A stretch of 63,878 bases of DNA, filler included, from Octopus bimaculoides (GCF_001194135.2; 8 parts of 6 records of this genome joined end to end with filler, not necessarily neighbours in it), one strand, 5' to 3'. Counted from the first letter of the whole stretch, positions 1-13,361 are shown. The notes: generated by a model not told the origin, from the letters alone. Numbers and translations are program-made.

Positions 1-1002
1 TATATATACATATATATATATATACGTGGATGAGAAAATAATGAAAATAGAAAAGAATTGACGTACAAACGTTATTTATTTAAAGACATGCAAATTCCTG
101 TAGAGAAATTTCTTGCCTACAGTTATTTCCACACCCAACCACGCGAATAACAGGAATAAAATTCAAAATCCCATGTTTGAAACAAGTCAAGTGAGTATTT
201 CTTCTGGGAGAATTTCTAAAAGGAAGTTACATTACGACGTGAAGGCTAATCTACAACAAACTCGGATGTGTGTGTTTTTCTGAATGCAAGCATTCCTTAG
301 AAGCCGTTATTACCATATATGCATAAGTAAAAACATTCAACATATTTGTGCCCGTGCAAATATGATACACAATAGTTCATTGATGACGTTATGGTAGCTA
401 TGAAGACATAAATACTACGGAGAAGAAGAGAGAGTCTGGGGGAGAACGTTATAGATAAAGCGCAAAGTAAAGGGCAGCTACACATCAAATAGTTGAGCAT
501 ATGCCTGTAACAATACTGAAGATTATTAAAATATATTATATAAAATTTCATTTAATTCCATCTAAAATTGTTACGTTATCCATATTTGCGTAAATGCACG
601 GTCAATACTTATTACGTAACCACAAGCAGAACCCACATATTAGTATATATAGAAAGTTTATATGATTATAACGTACACTAGAGCTGTCGTTACCACAAGA
701 CAATATGTTATATCTCAAGCACTGTCCAATAGTGTGGGCCAAATTTAGTTACAACCACATATTTCTAAGTGCATTCCAATTAGTCAGGATAACTGTGATC
801 TGTTTCAGCAGAATAAAAAGAACAAAAATCTCTTATTTCTAGCAATATAGGTATTTCGGCAGGTTTAATCACATGTAGTGACGATAAAAAATTTCCTTTA
901 TAGTGCTATGTTGCGCCTAGTTATTTATGTTAATTTTTGATAGAGGCATTAGCATTTCGCTTAATCAGCCATAGATTTTTATAGTAAAAATTTATATACT
1001 GG

Positions 1003-1130
1003 CAGGTAGGGCTGGAGAGGAGACGACTGTTGCGAGGTGTGTTCGAGAAAAGATAGGATGTGGTTAGAAAGGTGGGTTTAAGTGACCCGGGTTAATCTCC
1101 ATGGAGTAAAATAAAGGTATAGTCGCTGGG
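1003..1130 (+). mobile_element. 3' end fragment of an L1/Tx1-like LINE
   Basis: Translates as ...GLERRRLLRGVFEKR*DVVRKV. This resembles the minus-strand fragment at 14.4-14.6 kb (RLERCLSQSAFEKRW). Clade assignment is tentative. Confidence 0.35.
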
Positions 1131-1820
1131 CTCTCCGTCCATCAGGGTGAATCCCCACCCCTGGCCATAAAAAGTTCAGAATGTATCATATTATATAATC
1201 ACCAAAATTTTAAAGTTTCATTCGAACTCACTGTCACATTTATCTGTTTGTTCTGTCTTGTTTGTCCTTTCTGTGCCAGATATGATTATGTTAATAAAGA
1301 AATACATTGATCATTTAAGTAGTCGCTACTGCCTATATATATATATATATATNNNNNNNNNNNNNNNNNNNNNNNNNNNNNNNNNNNNNNNNNNNNNNNN
1401 NNNNNNNNNNNNNNNNNNNNNNNNNNNNNNNNNNNNNNNNNNNNNNNNNNNNNNNNNNNNNNNNNNNNNNNNNNNNNNNNNNNNNNNNNNNNNNNNNNNN
1501 NNNNNNNNNNNNNNNNNNNNNNNNNNNNNNNNNNNNNNNNNNNNNNNNNNNNNNNNNNNNNNNNNNNNNNNNNNNNNNNNNNNNNNNNNNNNNNNNNNNN
1601 NNNNNNNNNNNNNNNNNNNNNNNNNNNNNNNNNNNNNNNNNNNNNNNNNNNNNNNNNNNNNNNNNNNNNNNNNNNNNNNNNNNNNNNNNNNNNNNNNNNN
1701 NNNNNNNNNNNNNNNNNNNNNNNNNNNNNNNNNNNNNNNNNNNNNNNNNNNNNNNNNNNNNNNNNNNNNNNNNNNNNNNNNNNNNNNNNNNNNNNNNNNN
1801 NNNNNNNNNNNNNNNNNNNN

Positions 1821-1873
<53 letters not shown>

Positions 1874-2412
1874 TGTTAATTGCAATTCTCAGTTAATAAC
1901 AGAGATATGTTTAACATCTTTTGTTATACGCAGTTGAACTCAGTTATGGAAAATAAGAATGCTGCTTCGAAGTATTTTTTCTAAGGATTTCGTGCTGAAG
2001 TATGAACTGCTTATAGGAATCTCTATTATGCTTTCAAATATTCATACAATAGTAAATATACGTTATTGTTTATGTTTATTGTCATATATACATGTGCACT
2101 AGAAAAAGCTTTCAGTGATCAACTTCTAAATCTCAATATATAATTTTTTTTTATTCCGTGTTAATTTTCCTTTCACATTTGATCAATTAACTAAAAAGCC
2201 GGTTCTAAAATCTCTCTAAGAGATGATCGCAGTAGTTGTACTAGCAAGTAATTTTCGTAGTCACTTCAACATGGCTGTTCCGTTCGAGTGGAATTTGCTG
2301 CGATATTTTTTAACCACAAAAGGATATCTCCTCTAGCTGGTTAATGATGTATAGCTCATTCGATAATGTTGGGAGCTGGGGAACGAACTCCTACCATCTT
2401 CTAGCGACGGGA

Positions 2413-2462
2413 CCTGCATACCAGTCTGGTTTCGGGCTATTTCTGCCTCTCTTCAGGACTGG
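2413..2462 (-). ncRNA. Type I hammerhead ribozyme motif (core intact, stem I mismatched)
   Basis: Minus strand reads CCAGTC-CTGAAGA-GAGGCAGAAATAGCCC-GAAA-CCAGACTGG-TA-TGCAGG. The CUGAAGA/GAAA/UA core is intact, with two mismatches in stem I. Confidence 0.6.
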
Positions 2463-2685
2463 AACCTCGTCTGCTAGAGATCGCAGTAGCTCGCCTCTGC
2501 TGCAACATATATAGATTCAAGCGACACACAGTCGCTGATTTTTCAAGCTAAAATGCTAGTTCTAAAATCTCTCTAAGAGATGATTGCAGTAGTCTATAGG
2601 AACTTCAACATGGCTGTTCCCTTCGAGCGAAATTTACTGCGATTTTTTATCGCTGAGCTACTGCCATCTCTAACAGATGAGGTTT

Positions 2686-2735
2686 CCAGTACTGAATAGA
2701 GGCAGAAATAGCCCGAAACCAAAGTGGTATGCTGG
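2686..2735 (+). ncRNA. Type I hammerhead ribozyme motif (G8 mutated)
   Basis: CCAGTA-CTGAATA-GAGGCAGAAATAGCCC-GAAA-CCAAAGTGG-TA-TGCTGG. Stem I is CCAGTA/TGCTGG, with stem II, stem III and a GUA cleavage triplet. The core reads CUGAAUA instead of CUGANGA. Confidence 0.6.
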
Positions 2736-3793
2736 TCTCGTCACTAGAAGGTGGTAGTGGTTCGTTCACTTGCTCGCAATATATCGGATGCAACTGTGCA
2801 TCGTTAACCAGATTGAGGCAATGTCTTCTTGGGGTTAAAAAATCGCAGTAAATTCCGCTCGAACGGAATAGCTATATTGAAGTGGCTACGAACATTTGAT
2901 CAATTATATTTTTACTTATGCCCATACAGGCATACACACACATTCACACACATTCACACACATTCACACACATTCACGCGCGCGCGCGCATGCGCACACA
3001 CATTCGAACAGATTTCAGTGCCTATGTGTTCTAAATATGAATAATTTACTATAAAAGCTACATGAGATCTAATTTAGTGTAGAATGCTAATTGAATGTAC
3101 ATTATTAAGTTTATGACACCTATTTTGACGTTAGGAAGATTATTTTTGCCAGCTTTCAATAACAATGCATAAGATAAAAGTAATATACAACACACGTCCA
3201 GTGAGTTGAGTGCCATAATATATTGATAATATTGTCGTTATTACAAAATAATGGTTTTCAGTTTTAATACAAGACTAGAAGTTTTGGGGAATAGGGTAGT
3301 CAATACTCGTCTGGTATTTATTTTATCTACCCCACCCCCAAAAAATGAAAGCAAATTCGAACATAAAGCCAGGAGATATGCCACGAAGCATTTTTCCCGG
3401 CGTGCAAAGAATTCTGCCAGCCCACTACCTTCGTTATTGTAAAATAATCGCTCTGTCTTTGTGTAGTGCTGTAACAGAACAAGTGTGCGTACGTGCGCAC
3501 GCGCGTGCGTGTGAGGAAAGTGCTTCGTTCCGTTTTATTAGATTCGTATATGTACTTCATTCTTCACCTCTCTTTATTCGTCATTTACCTCGTTCTTTTC
3601 TCTCCGCCGCGATTTTACGCACGACAGTATACTTCAGAATATATGCAGAGTATGTATGCTACCACACACGCATACATTTTCACACTTACATCTATTAATT
3701 GTAGCACACACATACATACGTACACGTCTCTCTCCATATATGTTATATATATGTATGTGTGTATTATATTCATACCTATATCTCATTACACAC

Positions 3794-3873
<80 letters not shown>

Positions 3874-3880
3874 ACACATA
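3794..3880. repeat. (CA)n microsatellite
   Basis: Direct reading. Similar tracts occur at about 12805-12975, 24436-24478, 46432-46485 and 55623-55666. Confidence 0.95.
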
Positions 3881-4265
3881 AGTATGTTTGTACTTGACTG
3901 TATATCTATACATGATAAGATAATGCTGAATTAAAAAAAAATATAATCGAAATTTTCTAATGATTTCTTTTACTTCAATTGATAAAAGATATTTAAAACT
4001 ATGGGAAATGAGGATGCTGTTCTGAAGTGGTCCTTTCATGTTTTTAAGTGTGAAATTTCCAAAGAAACATCAGTATATTTTCAAATGTTCATACATGCGT
4101 GAATGCTTATATACTCGTTTGCGTGTGTTTATAGTAACATTTGGGTATGTACTGGGGGCGGGGGTTGAAAGAGCATTAACAAAATTTGTTAAAATGAAAA
4201 TGTCAAATTAAATATTTTTATTTATATTTGATCCTGTATTCTTCGAACTATACATACATGCATAC

Positions 4266-4296
<31 letters not shown>

Positions 4297-5052
4297 CATA
4301 CATATATANNNNNNNNNNNNNNNNNNNNNNNNNNNNNNNNNNNNNNNNNNNNNNNNNNNNNNNNNNNNNNNNTATATAATAATTTTTACGCTGACATTTA
4401 TGAATTATTACTCAAGCATATACGTATATTAAATGCACACAGATGCAAGTATACGTACGTACATACATACATACATACATACATACATACATACATACAT
4501 ACATACATACATGCGTACGTACATACGTACATACGTATGTTCGTATGTATGTATTTTTGAATTTACAAACAATAGGAAAATTGCTCAATATAGATGTAGA
4601 TTGCTATTATTTGTATTAAGAATATCTACTTTTTTCGCTGCTTTCGCGGATTCTCATGACGCTTTGTTGCTATCCTGTTCCAATATTATGAATTTGAATT
4701 GGGAATTTGAGTCATAGTGAATTTTTCATTAGCTGATTACACAATCATTGATGCCATCCCAATGAATACGTTGCAGTTACTCTCTTGATAGAGGTTGGTG
4801 ATCCTCACCGCTAATCTTCTACGCTTCCTCCGCTCAGCATCAACGTACGAAGCACTGTTGTCTCGGATGAACACTTCCGCTACCTCTTTGCAATCCGCCA
4901 TCCTGAAGTCTCCTCTGACTTCGCCATATCCCTGGCAGGGCGGCTGAACGGGTGCTATGCCTTACCATAGGGCAGCCTGTAAATATGCAGGGCACCGTCG
5001 CCATTTCGTTAGGCATATTCAGGTATCTGCATATTTATACATATGTAGTGTG

Positions 5053-5092
<40 letters not shown>

Positions 5093-7827
5093 CGCGTACG
5101 TGTCTGTCTATCTATATATTTATATGTATATACATACATACTTATATCTCTCTCTCACTAGCTCTTCATGTTGCTCTCTCTCTCTATCTCTATATGTATG
5201 TAGGTATATATTTGTTATTAGCGACGGAAGCAGTGTGATTCATCTGTATATCTTACATAACTTGGATATACTCTTGAAAGCCAGGAACTGCAGAATTTAT
5301 CTTGAGAAAGCTTCCCGTAATGATGTACAATGTTAACAAGCCCATAAGTGTACCAGTAGTAGGCGAAATATGTCCAGAAGCGATGGTAGAATTGCTAAAT
5401 CATTATTTCTGCGTCGTCACGAATCAAGTATCCACTATCTACTGCATGCTTAACAAATTTTATTTCTACTGATATAGAAAAAAAAACAACAACAAAAAAA
5501 AACAGCGATTAATAAATATCTGGTGTCGTAAATACTTATCGGTTTGGGTGAAAATTTATTATTATCATGGGCAGCTGTATTAGTTCAGAATAGCATTTCT
5601 GAACATCAAAATCGGCCAAAATGAGACACTCTAGTTGACGTAATGTATAGTCTTAGTAAAAGATACTTCTGCTCAATGAAGCTTCACATGTATTTAATTC
5701 ATTAAGATAATCTAATTCTTGTTATTTATGTCTAAACACAAGGAAAGATAATCACCGTTGGAACATATTTGATTATAGGTTTACTTGATTACTGCTCACT
5801 TGAGACTGAATCGCAACAACAAGAATGAACTATAGATGATTTAACCCTAGATTCACTATATCTGAAATACAGTGGTGTGTTAGTCAAAGCTAGAACACCT
5901 TTGATTATAGATCTCCTCGATCATTTGTTGGTCGTGGTTAAACAATCAAAACAAAGAAAGACAAGTTAAATTATGCTTTTCTCAACCGGGGGTAGAATTA
6001 CATTCTGCTGGAATAAAGATTTATGCAACATGTGGTAAATATACCATACCTGAAAATGATATATTAATTCTGTAATACATTTACCTGCTCAGCCTGTTTT
6101 ACGAAAACTGTGACTGAATTAAGAGAGAGATACGGAGTGCACTTCCTTTTCCTGTACAGTGGAAAGATGGACTATCTTTCATATTCTAACCTATTTTTAC
6201 TTCGTTTCGATGATACAATCATATATAGTCATTCAACATTTATGAATCATAAAAGCAAAACTTTGTACTTTATTAACAGAAATTTCTCCCGAAAAAATGT
6301 TTGGATATGCCCTATTTTCATCTCTTGTGTAAAGTTTATCATAAAATTCCATTTGAAGAGTGTCATTATGCTAATTCTTTACCATTCTTAACATTTCTAA
6401 TTATCTGAGATAAGAAATGCCGACATGGCAAAAGAGAAGCTGATTGATCTTATGTTCTCTGTTAGTCTTAAGGAAGATTTGATAAAATTGATGTTAATTT
6501 TTGTATGAAATAAACAGAATCATATTCATGCTTCTTAACGTGACTTCAAAGTGCTATCACAACACATCTATGTAAATCTGGTTTCTTTACTTTAATAACA
6601 ATGAAGACAAAAGCAAGGAACCGCTTGAAAGCCGCTGACAAGTGGGTAGCATTGTCATCAAAGCTCCGTGAATAAATAAACTGGGTGACGCGACGAATCA
6701 ACGAAGTTCTCATTGATAATACTGCTGGTAATTTTGTTTGATCTTGTGAAAAGAAAAATATAAAATGATAGCGTTTTGCTTTCAAGTATATTTTAACTTT
6801 CATGATATTTAACTTCGTTCATTTTCGTTGTCATATTTCCTTGCTTAATAAAAATTCACAGTTTTGCTTGATATATATTTCATGTACGCCTTTCTCTCCC
6901 TTATCAAAGTTTATTCTTGCAAAACTTTAACAATAAATTTGCTTTATCTTCTTTTTCTCTTTGCTTCTGTCATGACATTTCTTTTTTTTTGCAAGGGAAT
7001 TGAATAGAGGGAAAAATAATGTAATACATAAAAACGAGTGGGTAACTGACAGAGTGCTAAAAATCACTTCATTATATAATGAAGTCCAAGGTACAAATAG
7101 TACATTGTATTCTATTAAAATACTGAAAACCATTGATCTTGTCTGCCAGTATTACCTTGGGCTAAAGAACAAAAAAAGACAACAAAATACAACCCAACTT
7201 AACATTATTAATTTACTCATCTGTTATCTAAAATAACTTTTTGTTTCTTTTTAACTGGGTCTTTAGCAAATATTTCTCTGAAGAAAATATTTGATCCGCG
7301 GTCATACTGAGGTATTGCTTTCAAAGGTTTTAATGTATCATGTTGAGCACAGTGTTTTGTCACATACTTATTTTATCAATATCTATGTACTGAATAGCTA
7401 AATGGTTAGCATAAAGGGATGTTAACTTAATATCTAATGCCACAAGAAGATTTATCGGCACACTAATTTACACTGAAAGCAATTACGAATAGATGATATA
7501 TAATAAAAGACAAAAATACAAAAAACAAAAAATAAAAAAAAACAAAACAAAGCAAAAAAAAAAAAAACGAAATTCCGAACAGCTTCCGTCTAATACATTT
7601 TACTTATAACTATTTCATGAGCATGAAGCTCTGGTTAATATTCTTACTCAACGTTCGCAGAGTGGGATGGAATTAGGTAGCATTTGGTAGCGAAGTGATC
7701 TTCTCAATCACAAAGTAATCACAGCGCGTATTTGGAGAGCAAAGTAATATTTTGTCTCGTTAACAGTTTATTCAATAACTATTTTCCAAAATATTTGTAC
7801 TCAATGATTTCAAATAAATTCATATTA

Positions 7828-8226
7828 AACAAGAGCACTCAGAGAGCGCAAACCTCCGCCAAGACAACTCCAACGTTCTTTCAACGATTAGCCAGAAATG
7901 ATTTTTAAAGTGAGAATATCTGAAATAAACTCGACTGTTCTCACAAACGAGAATACTAAAAATGAACCCGACCGCTCTCAAAAATTAAGTAAAAACAAAA
8001 AAAAACAAAAAAATACAGGAAAAATAGTCCAGAATCCTTGTTTGGTACCGGATAGATCCTAAAATCTAATCAGCTCGTGCCAGTCACGAGGCTAAACATC
8101 CCTGAAAGTCTCATCCGAATCCATCCAGCAGTTCTTGTGATATTTTGTCCACGGACAAACAAACAAACAAACAAACAAATACAACTGAAAACAATACCTC
8201 CGCCTTCGCTAAGGCGAGGGTAATAA
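7828..8226 (-). mobile_element. HINE/DINE-1-like non-autonomous Helentron-type element
   Basis: One end has a subterminal inverted repeat and hairpin (CCTCCGCC..GGCGAGGG). There is an internal (AAAC)n microsatellite, a second CCTCCGCC copy, and a small terminal hairpin GCACTC-AGA-GAGCGC. This matches the DINE-1/HINE architecture. Confidence 0.55.
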
Positions 8227-8533
8227 GTATATTTCGATTGTTTTTCAAAATTTTCAAAATGATATAAGTACAGACATATAGTTAACGAGTTCGTGTCTGC
8301 GTTCGATGCGAGTGTACGGCAACTTGTGTACATCTACAATAGCCACGCGTTGACAAATATATTTTGGGAATGAAATGTGAGAGATGGAAAATTTCAGGAA
8401 CTTAGGTCGTGCGCTCGGGTGTGTGTAGGTATAGAATTATCTTGTGAAGCTTGATAAGTGCCATGCACAAAAATCTGCCTTTGTGTTACTTAGAAAATTC
8501 TGTCGATTACCAATAAAAAAAGAAATTTATGTA

Positions 8534-9010
8534 CACAGCCTTGGCCAAAAGTATTAGGACACCCCAATGTTTTGGGGTTCTGCTGTCTCAATGAAACTCA
8601 TGCACATGGTAGACTATGGTATATTTCACAATATACATCAGGTTTAATATCTGGTTGACCCTCCTTTAGTATCAGTTATCGCTTTTATACTGTACTGTAC
8701 ATATGCAACCAATTATGAGTAAGACCAAAGTCCAAAATTAACTTATGTTTCCTTGATTATTTCAGAGTTTTATGCTAAAATATGTTGTATATACAGTTAA
8801 TAAACAGAAAAATGCCTAAAACAAGGGAGTTGAGTGAATGAGAGCGAAATCAAATCGTAGCTCATCATGAAGATGGGATGTCTCAAAGGCAAATTGCTCA
8901 AAAGAAGAGAGTCGGCGCAAACGACTCTCAAGCACTTCAGAGAGAGAAAAGATTTGAAGACAATACAAAGAACAGGTAGAAAAATGGTTACATCACCTCG
9001 TGATGACAGA
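8534..9010 (+). mobile_element. 5' part of a Tc1-family DNA transposon
   Basis: TA-CACAGCCTTGGCCAAAAGTATTAGGACACC terminus. From 8812 it reads MPKTRELSE*ERNQIVAHHEDGMSQRQIAQK...TGRKMVTSPRDDR (paired-like HTH). Truncated by (TA)n and a SINE. Confidence 0.8.
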
Positions 9011-9030
9011 TATATATATATATATATATA

Positions 9031-9193
9031 GGCGCAGGGGTGGCTGAGTGGTAAGCAGCTTGCTTACCAACCACATGGCTCCGGGTTCAGTCCCACTGCG
9101 TGGCATCTTGGGCAAGTGTCTTCTACTATAGCCTCGGGCCGACCAAAGCCTTGTGAGTGGATTTGGTAGACGGAAACTGAAAGAAGCCCGTCG
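9031..9193 (+). mobile_element. tRNA-derived SINE (dominant family in the window)
   Basis: A box TGGCTGAGTGG, B-box-like GGTTCAGTCCC, and body GGGCAAGTGTCTTCTACTATAGCCTCGGGCCGACCAAAGCCTTGTGAGTGGATTTGGTAGACGGAAACTGAAAGAAGCCCGTCG, followed by an (AT)n tail. Confidence 0.85.
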
Positions 9194-9682
9194 TATATAT
9201 ANNNNNNNNNNNNNNNNNNNNNNNNNNNNNNNNNNNNNNNNNNNNNNNNNNNNNNNNNNNNNNNNNNNNNNNNNNNNNNNNNNNNNNNNNNNNNNNNNNN
9301 NNNNNNNNNNNNNNNNNNNNNNNNNNNNNNNNNNNNNNNNNNNNNNNNNNNNNNNNNNNNNNNNNNNNNNNNNNNNNNNNNNNNNNNNNNNNNNNNNNNN
9401 NNNNNNNNNNNNNNNNNNNNNNNNNNNNNNNNNNNNNNNNNNNNNNNNNNNNNNNNNNNNNNNNNNNNNNNNNNNNNNNNNNNNNNNNNNNNNNNNNNNN
9501 NNNNNNNNNNNNNNNNNNNNNNNNNNNNNNNNNNNNNNNNNNNNNNNNNNNNNNNNNNNNNNNNNNNNNNNNNNNNNNNNNNNNNNNNNNNNNNNNNNNN
9601 NNNNNNNNNNNNNNNNNNNNNNNNNNNNNNNNNNNNNNNNNNNNNNNNNNNNNNNATATATATATATATATATATATACACG

Positions 9683-9742
<60 letters not shown>

Positions 9743-10564
9743 GGTGCGCGTGTTTATAAGTATTTATAGTGAATGAATAGGGATAATAGATCCAAGAAGT
9801 CACCGTTCAAGCACTCTGTATAATCCAAATAATGGGTAACCACATCGAATTGTAAGGAAAACCTAGGACTATTTCGAAGTACACAATCCTAATGCATTTC
9901 ATCTGATGGATAAATCCTGAGTTCGCTTCGTTGGATTATAAACAGTTTTTTGAGTATATATCAATAGCACTTCAAATAAATAAGGAGAATAATACACATA
10001 CACCGTTTTTGTTATTACAATAATTTACACACCTTATTTAATTTAAACCTCTGTCCGACATATGTTTCGGTTGCATGAATATCTTGCAATGTGGTTTATT
10101 TGTCCCTCCAATTTGTCCATCAAGTTAATTACGTGTCCATGCAGCTCTGTTGAAGGTGCTGACAATGTTAAAGTTTGAAGCGAATTGAAATGTAATAGTT
10201 TAGACAGCTCTATATTTTAGCAGGGGACGATTTGTGTTGAGTGCAAAGAGTTAGAGAGAAATAGTTAGAAGCCAGGCTATAAAATGCAAATTTATCCAAA
10301 AAAGAATTAGACATTATATTGATTTCAAATTTTAGAGCATGACCCCAAAAAAAAAAAAGTAAGAAAATCCATCGCTGGAATTGAGAGAGAGTACTGGGTA
10401 AGAAATGACTGGCCTAATATGTTCGACGTTAGCTTGGGATCCAATAATTTCACTCAGGTAACGGACATCGTTGTTATCTATATCCTACTTTATATAAAAA
10501 ACAAATTTCCGCTAATGGGGTGGAGATTATATAGGGATGATGCTCAATTTGCAATATATAAATC

Positions 10565-10760
10565 TAATAATATTGATTTCCAATTTTGGCACAAGGCCAG
10601 CGATTTCGGGGGTGAAGGGGTTAAGTCGATTCCATCAACTTCAAAGTTCAGCTGGCACTTATTTTGTCGACCCTGAATGGTAAAAGACAAAGTCGACCCT
10701 GAATGATAAAAGACAAAGTCGACCCTGAATGGTAAAAGACAAAGTCGACCTCTGTGAAAT
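10565..10760 (-). mobile_element. SINE of a second family, with an internal 26-bp triplication
   Basis: Shares the GTCGAC..CCGAAAGGATGAAAG..AAAGTCGACC core with copies at about 16760-16830, 50056-50215, 55840-56150 and 56640-56760. The unit GTCGACCCTGAATGGTAAAAGACAAA is repeated three times at 10666-10743. Confidence 0.7.
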
Positions 10761-12818
10761 ACAAATCTAATAATTTTAATTTAGAAAAGTATAGGAAAAA
10801 CTTATTTAAATGTTTCAAAGGTATATGCATGGAGAAAGAACATAGTAGAGTTAACTTCTTAGACGTCACTTTAGATTTGAGTACGAGCTAATATCAACAA
10901 TACAGCAAACCCAACGATAACCTCAAGTGCGAGGGAGAGTGAAAGATGATCCGCTCTCTTGTTTTTTCAATGTATTTACACAAAAGCAGGAGATAAACAA
11001 ACACGTCATTTTTCTATATAGCCTTCTTCCTTTTCGATATACTTGGTTCAGTGATCCATAAGTTTGCATTTTCCCTCCAAGAAGGTTTTCTTATTCGTTG
11101 CACACAACACTAATCATCCCTAACTAAAATGTAAAACTGTGTATACCACTATACTTCAGTTGGCTTCAATCTTTGCACCTTGAAAAAGCCGCATGGACAC
11201 GATTTTAACCTGAGGAACAAACTGGATGCAAATGTAAACCACGTTGCTAGATATCTATGCAACAGAGACTTATGTCGGTCAGAGATTTATATTAAATATG
11301 GTGTATAAATGATTGTAATAATAAAAACGGTGATGCATTATTCTCTTATTGATTTGAGCTATATACATACATACATACATACATACATACATACATACAT
11401 ACATACATACATACACACACATACATACAAACACACACATATGTATACACAGATACATACATGTTAATATAATACAATTATATGCAGAAACAGATTGTAT
11501 GACGTGGTAGGGTACGGGGTTAATATTTTCCCTCTATGATATGACTAAATATTTCATCAACATGTATGTGTTTGTCTATCTATATGCTTATAACAGTGCG
11601 AACACATTTGTGAATGTGTGTGCTCACGTGTATATAATTGCATGTGTTTTCAATGATGAAAGCTGTATAGAAAATGTTTTTGTTTGGAATAAAAATGTAT
11701 GGAAAATACAAAAGGAAGAATTGTTGAAAAAGAAAATTGTAGGTGACAAACGTATACGGGGAAAAATGTAAAAATTGAACTATAATAAGCTGATAATGAA
11801 TGGATTGTATTGATAACCTAGAAGCAATTTGAAGACAAACTGAAACATCAGGCAACATTTATGAAATTATTGATAAATGTAGGAAGCTTAATAAAACGTT
11901 TACTTTGAGATTATTTATAGCGAAGGAAAAGAGAGATAAACTGTGATAATTCTGTATTATATCAAAGAATAATTATGTGGAGCTTCAAAGTATTAAATTT
12001 GTAGAAATCACTAAATGCAATGCTTTAAACTATATAGAGGGAGATAATTCTATGAAGAAATATTTTGAACCATATCTAAAGGAAATGATAACAAAATTGT
12101 TATTCAAAGAAATCGGTTTTCCTTTTTTTTTATTACTTCTAGTAAATACATACACATACACACACACTCACACACATACAAACATAAACATATGTATTTA
12201 CAAACGTGTATATTTATATACATATACGCATGCACATATATATGTTTATATAAACATACACTCCTATACATTTGCCTACCTATCGACCTACATATACGTA
12301 TAAATTATATTTTGGGACATTCTTGATGAAAAGATTAAAGCGATCATACTTCAGTAAGGTATATAATATATTATTCCAGTTATTACTAACATTACCTAAC
12401 ACATACGCAAGTCCAGTCAGTATCTTCACACTTCATTGATAGTAGAAATATGATGATGTCACCATTGAGCAACATTTTTAGACCGACCAAAATTTGAAAG
12501 AACAAAGAGCAAGACAGAAAACTAATGTATCAAAACTAAAATAAAACTAAAAGAGCAACAAAAAACTAAAATATTGCCTGATGAAAGTTATAAAAATTTA
12601 TTGGTTTTTAATAACAACCCTAGCACTTACTTTAAGGTAGTATTTTTCACTTTGATGTTGCTTTGTCTAATTGTTGTTTCTAATTTTAACTCCTATGATG
12701 TGTTGTTTATCGTTGATATAAAGATATTTCAACTTTTGATGAGATGTGAAGACATCGAAAAGGTTTCAATTGCTGTAATGCCAATATATTGAATAGTTTT
12801 CACAGACACAGACACACA

Positions 12819-12902
<84 letters not shown>

Positions 12903-13045
12903 TACACATAGACACACAGACACACACAGACACACAGACACAAATACACACACACACACATACTACACACACACACGAACGAAGCAATATAACCATTGCC
13001 AAGGTGAAAGAAGAAGTGTATATTGCTTATGTATGTATTGTGTGT

Positions 13046-13097
<52 letters not shown>

Positions 13098-13320
13098 TTA
13101 TATATAACAAATGAAAGACAGAAGATTGTGGAATATACGAGAATATTTTATTAATCACAACAATTGTTTCGACACCTCTGGCATCGACTCCTCTTGTCGG
13201 ACACACAAAAGCTGGTTCAGGAGTATCCGGTGGTGCAGACATACCTCGTCGTTAAAATGACTGTTCCATAATGCAACTCTCGGTTCGGTAGAGAGAAAAA
13301 GAGCCAGACAGAGGAAAATT

Positions 13321-13361
<41 letters not shown>

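Larger units (their letters stand above)
2190..2891. mobile_element. Palindromic insertion with hammerhead-like motifs in both arms, flanked by a 15-bp direct repeat
   Basis: Inverted arms at about 2262-2491 and 2655-2892. An internal direct repeat of 2190-2310 recurs at 2560-2650. ACATTTGATCAATTA occurs at 2175-2189 and 2892-2906. Confidence 0.7.

Noticed and set aside
1258-1896. Long ORFs spanning N runs or microsatellites (e.g. 1258-1896, 9064-9803, 39336-40042, 51184-52122, and HT/CV/IYLS repeats)
   Set aside because: Artefacts of gaps and simple repeats. No real coding signal.
4760-5010. GC-rich fragment, possibly LINE-derived
   Set aside because: Translations on both strands lack a diagnostic motif, so it could not be classified.
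10040-10130. Hammerhead-like GAAAC-ATAT-GTC on the minus strand, with a related copy at about 11210-11285
   Set aside because: The CUGANGA half is degenerate and not adjacent to stem II. Probably PLE debris, but a ribozyme cannot be supported.
10666-10750. Repeat array as a possible CRISPR
   Set aside because: Tandem units without spacers, inside a eukaryotic SINE.
13160-13205. GGTGTC-GAAAC-AATT-GTT motif (minus), and a similar GTGTC-GAAAC at about 53415
   Set aside because: No recognisable CUGANGA core upstream.
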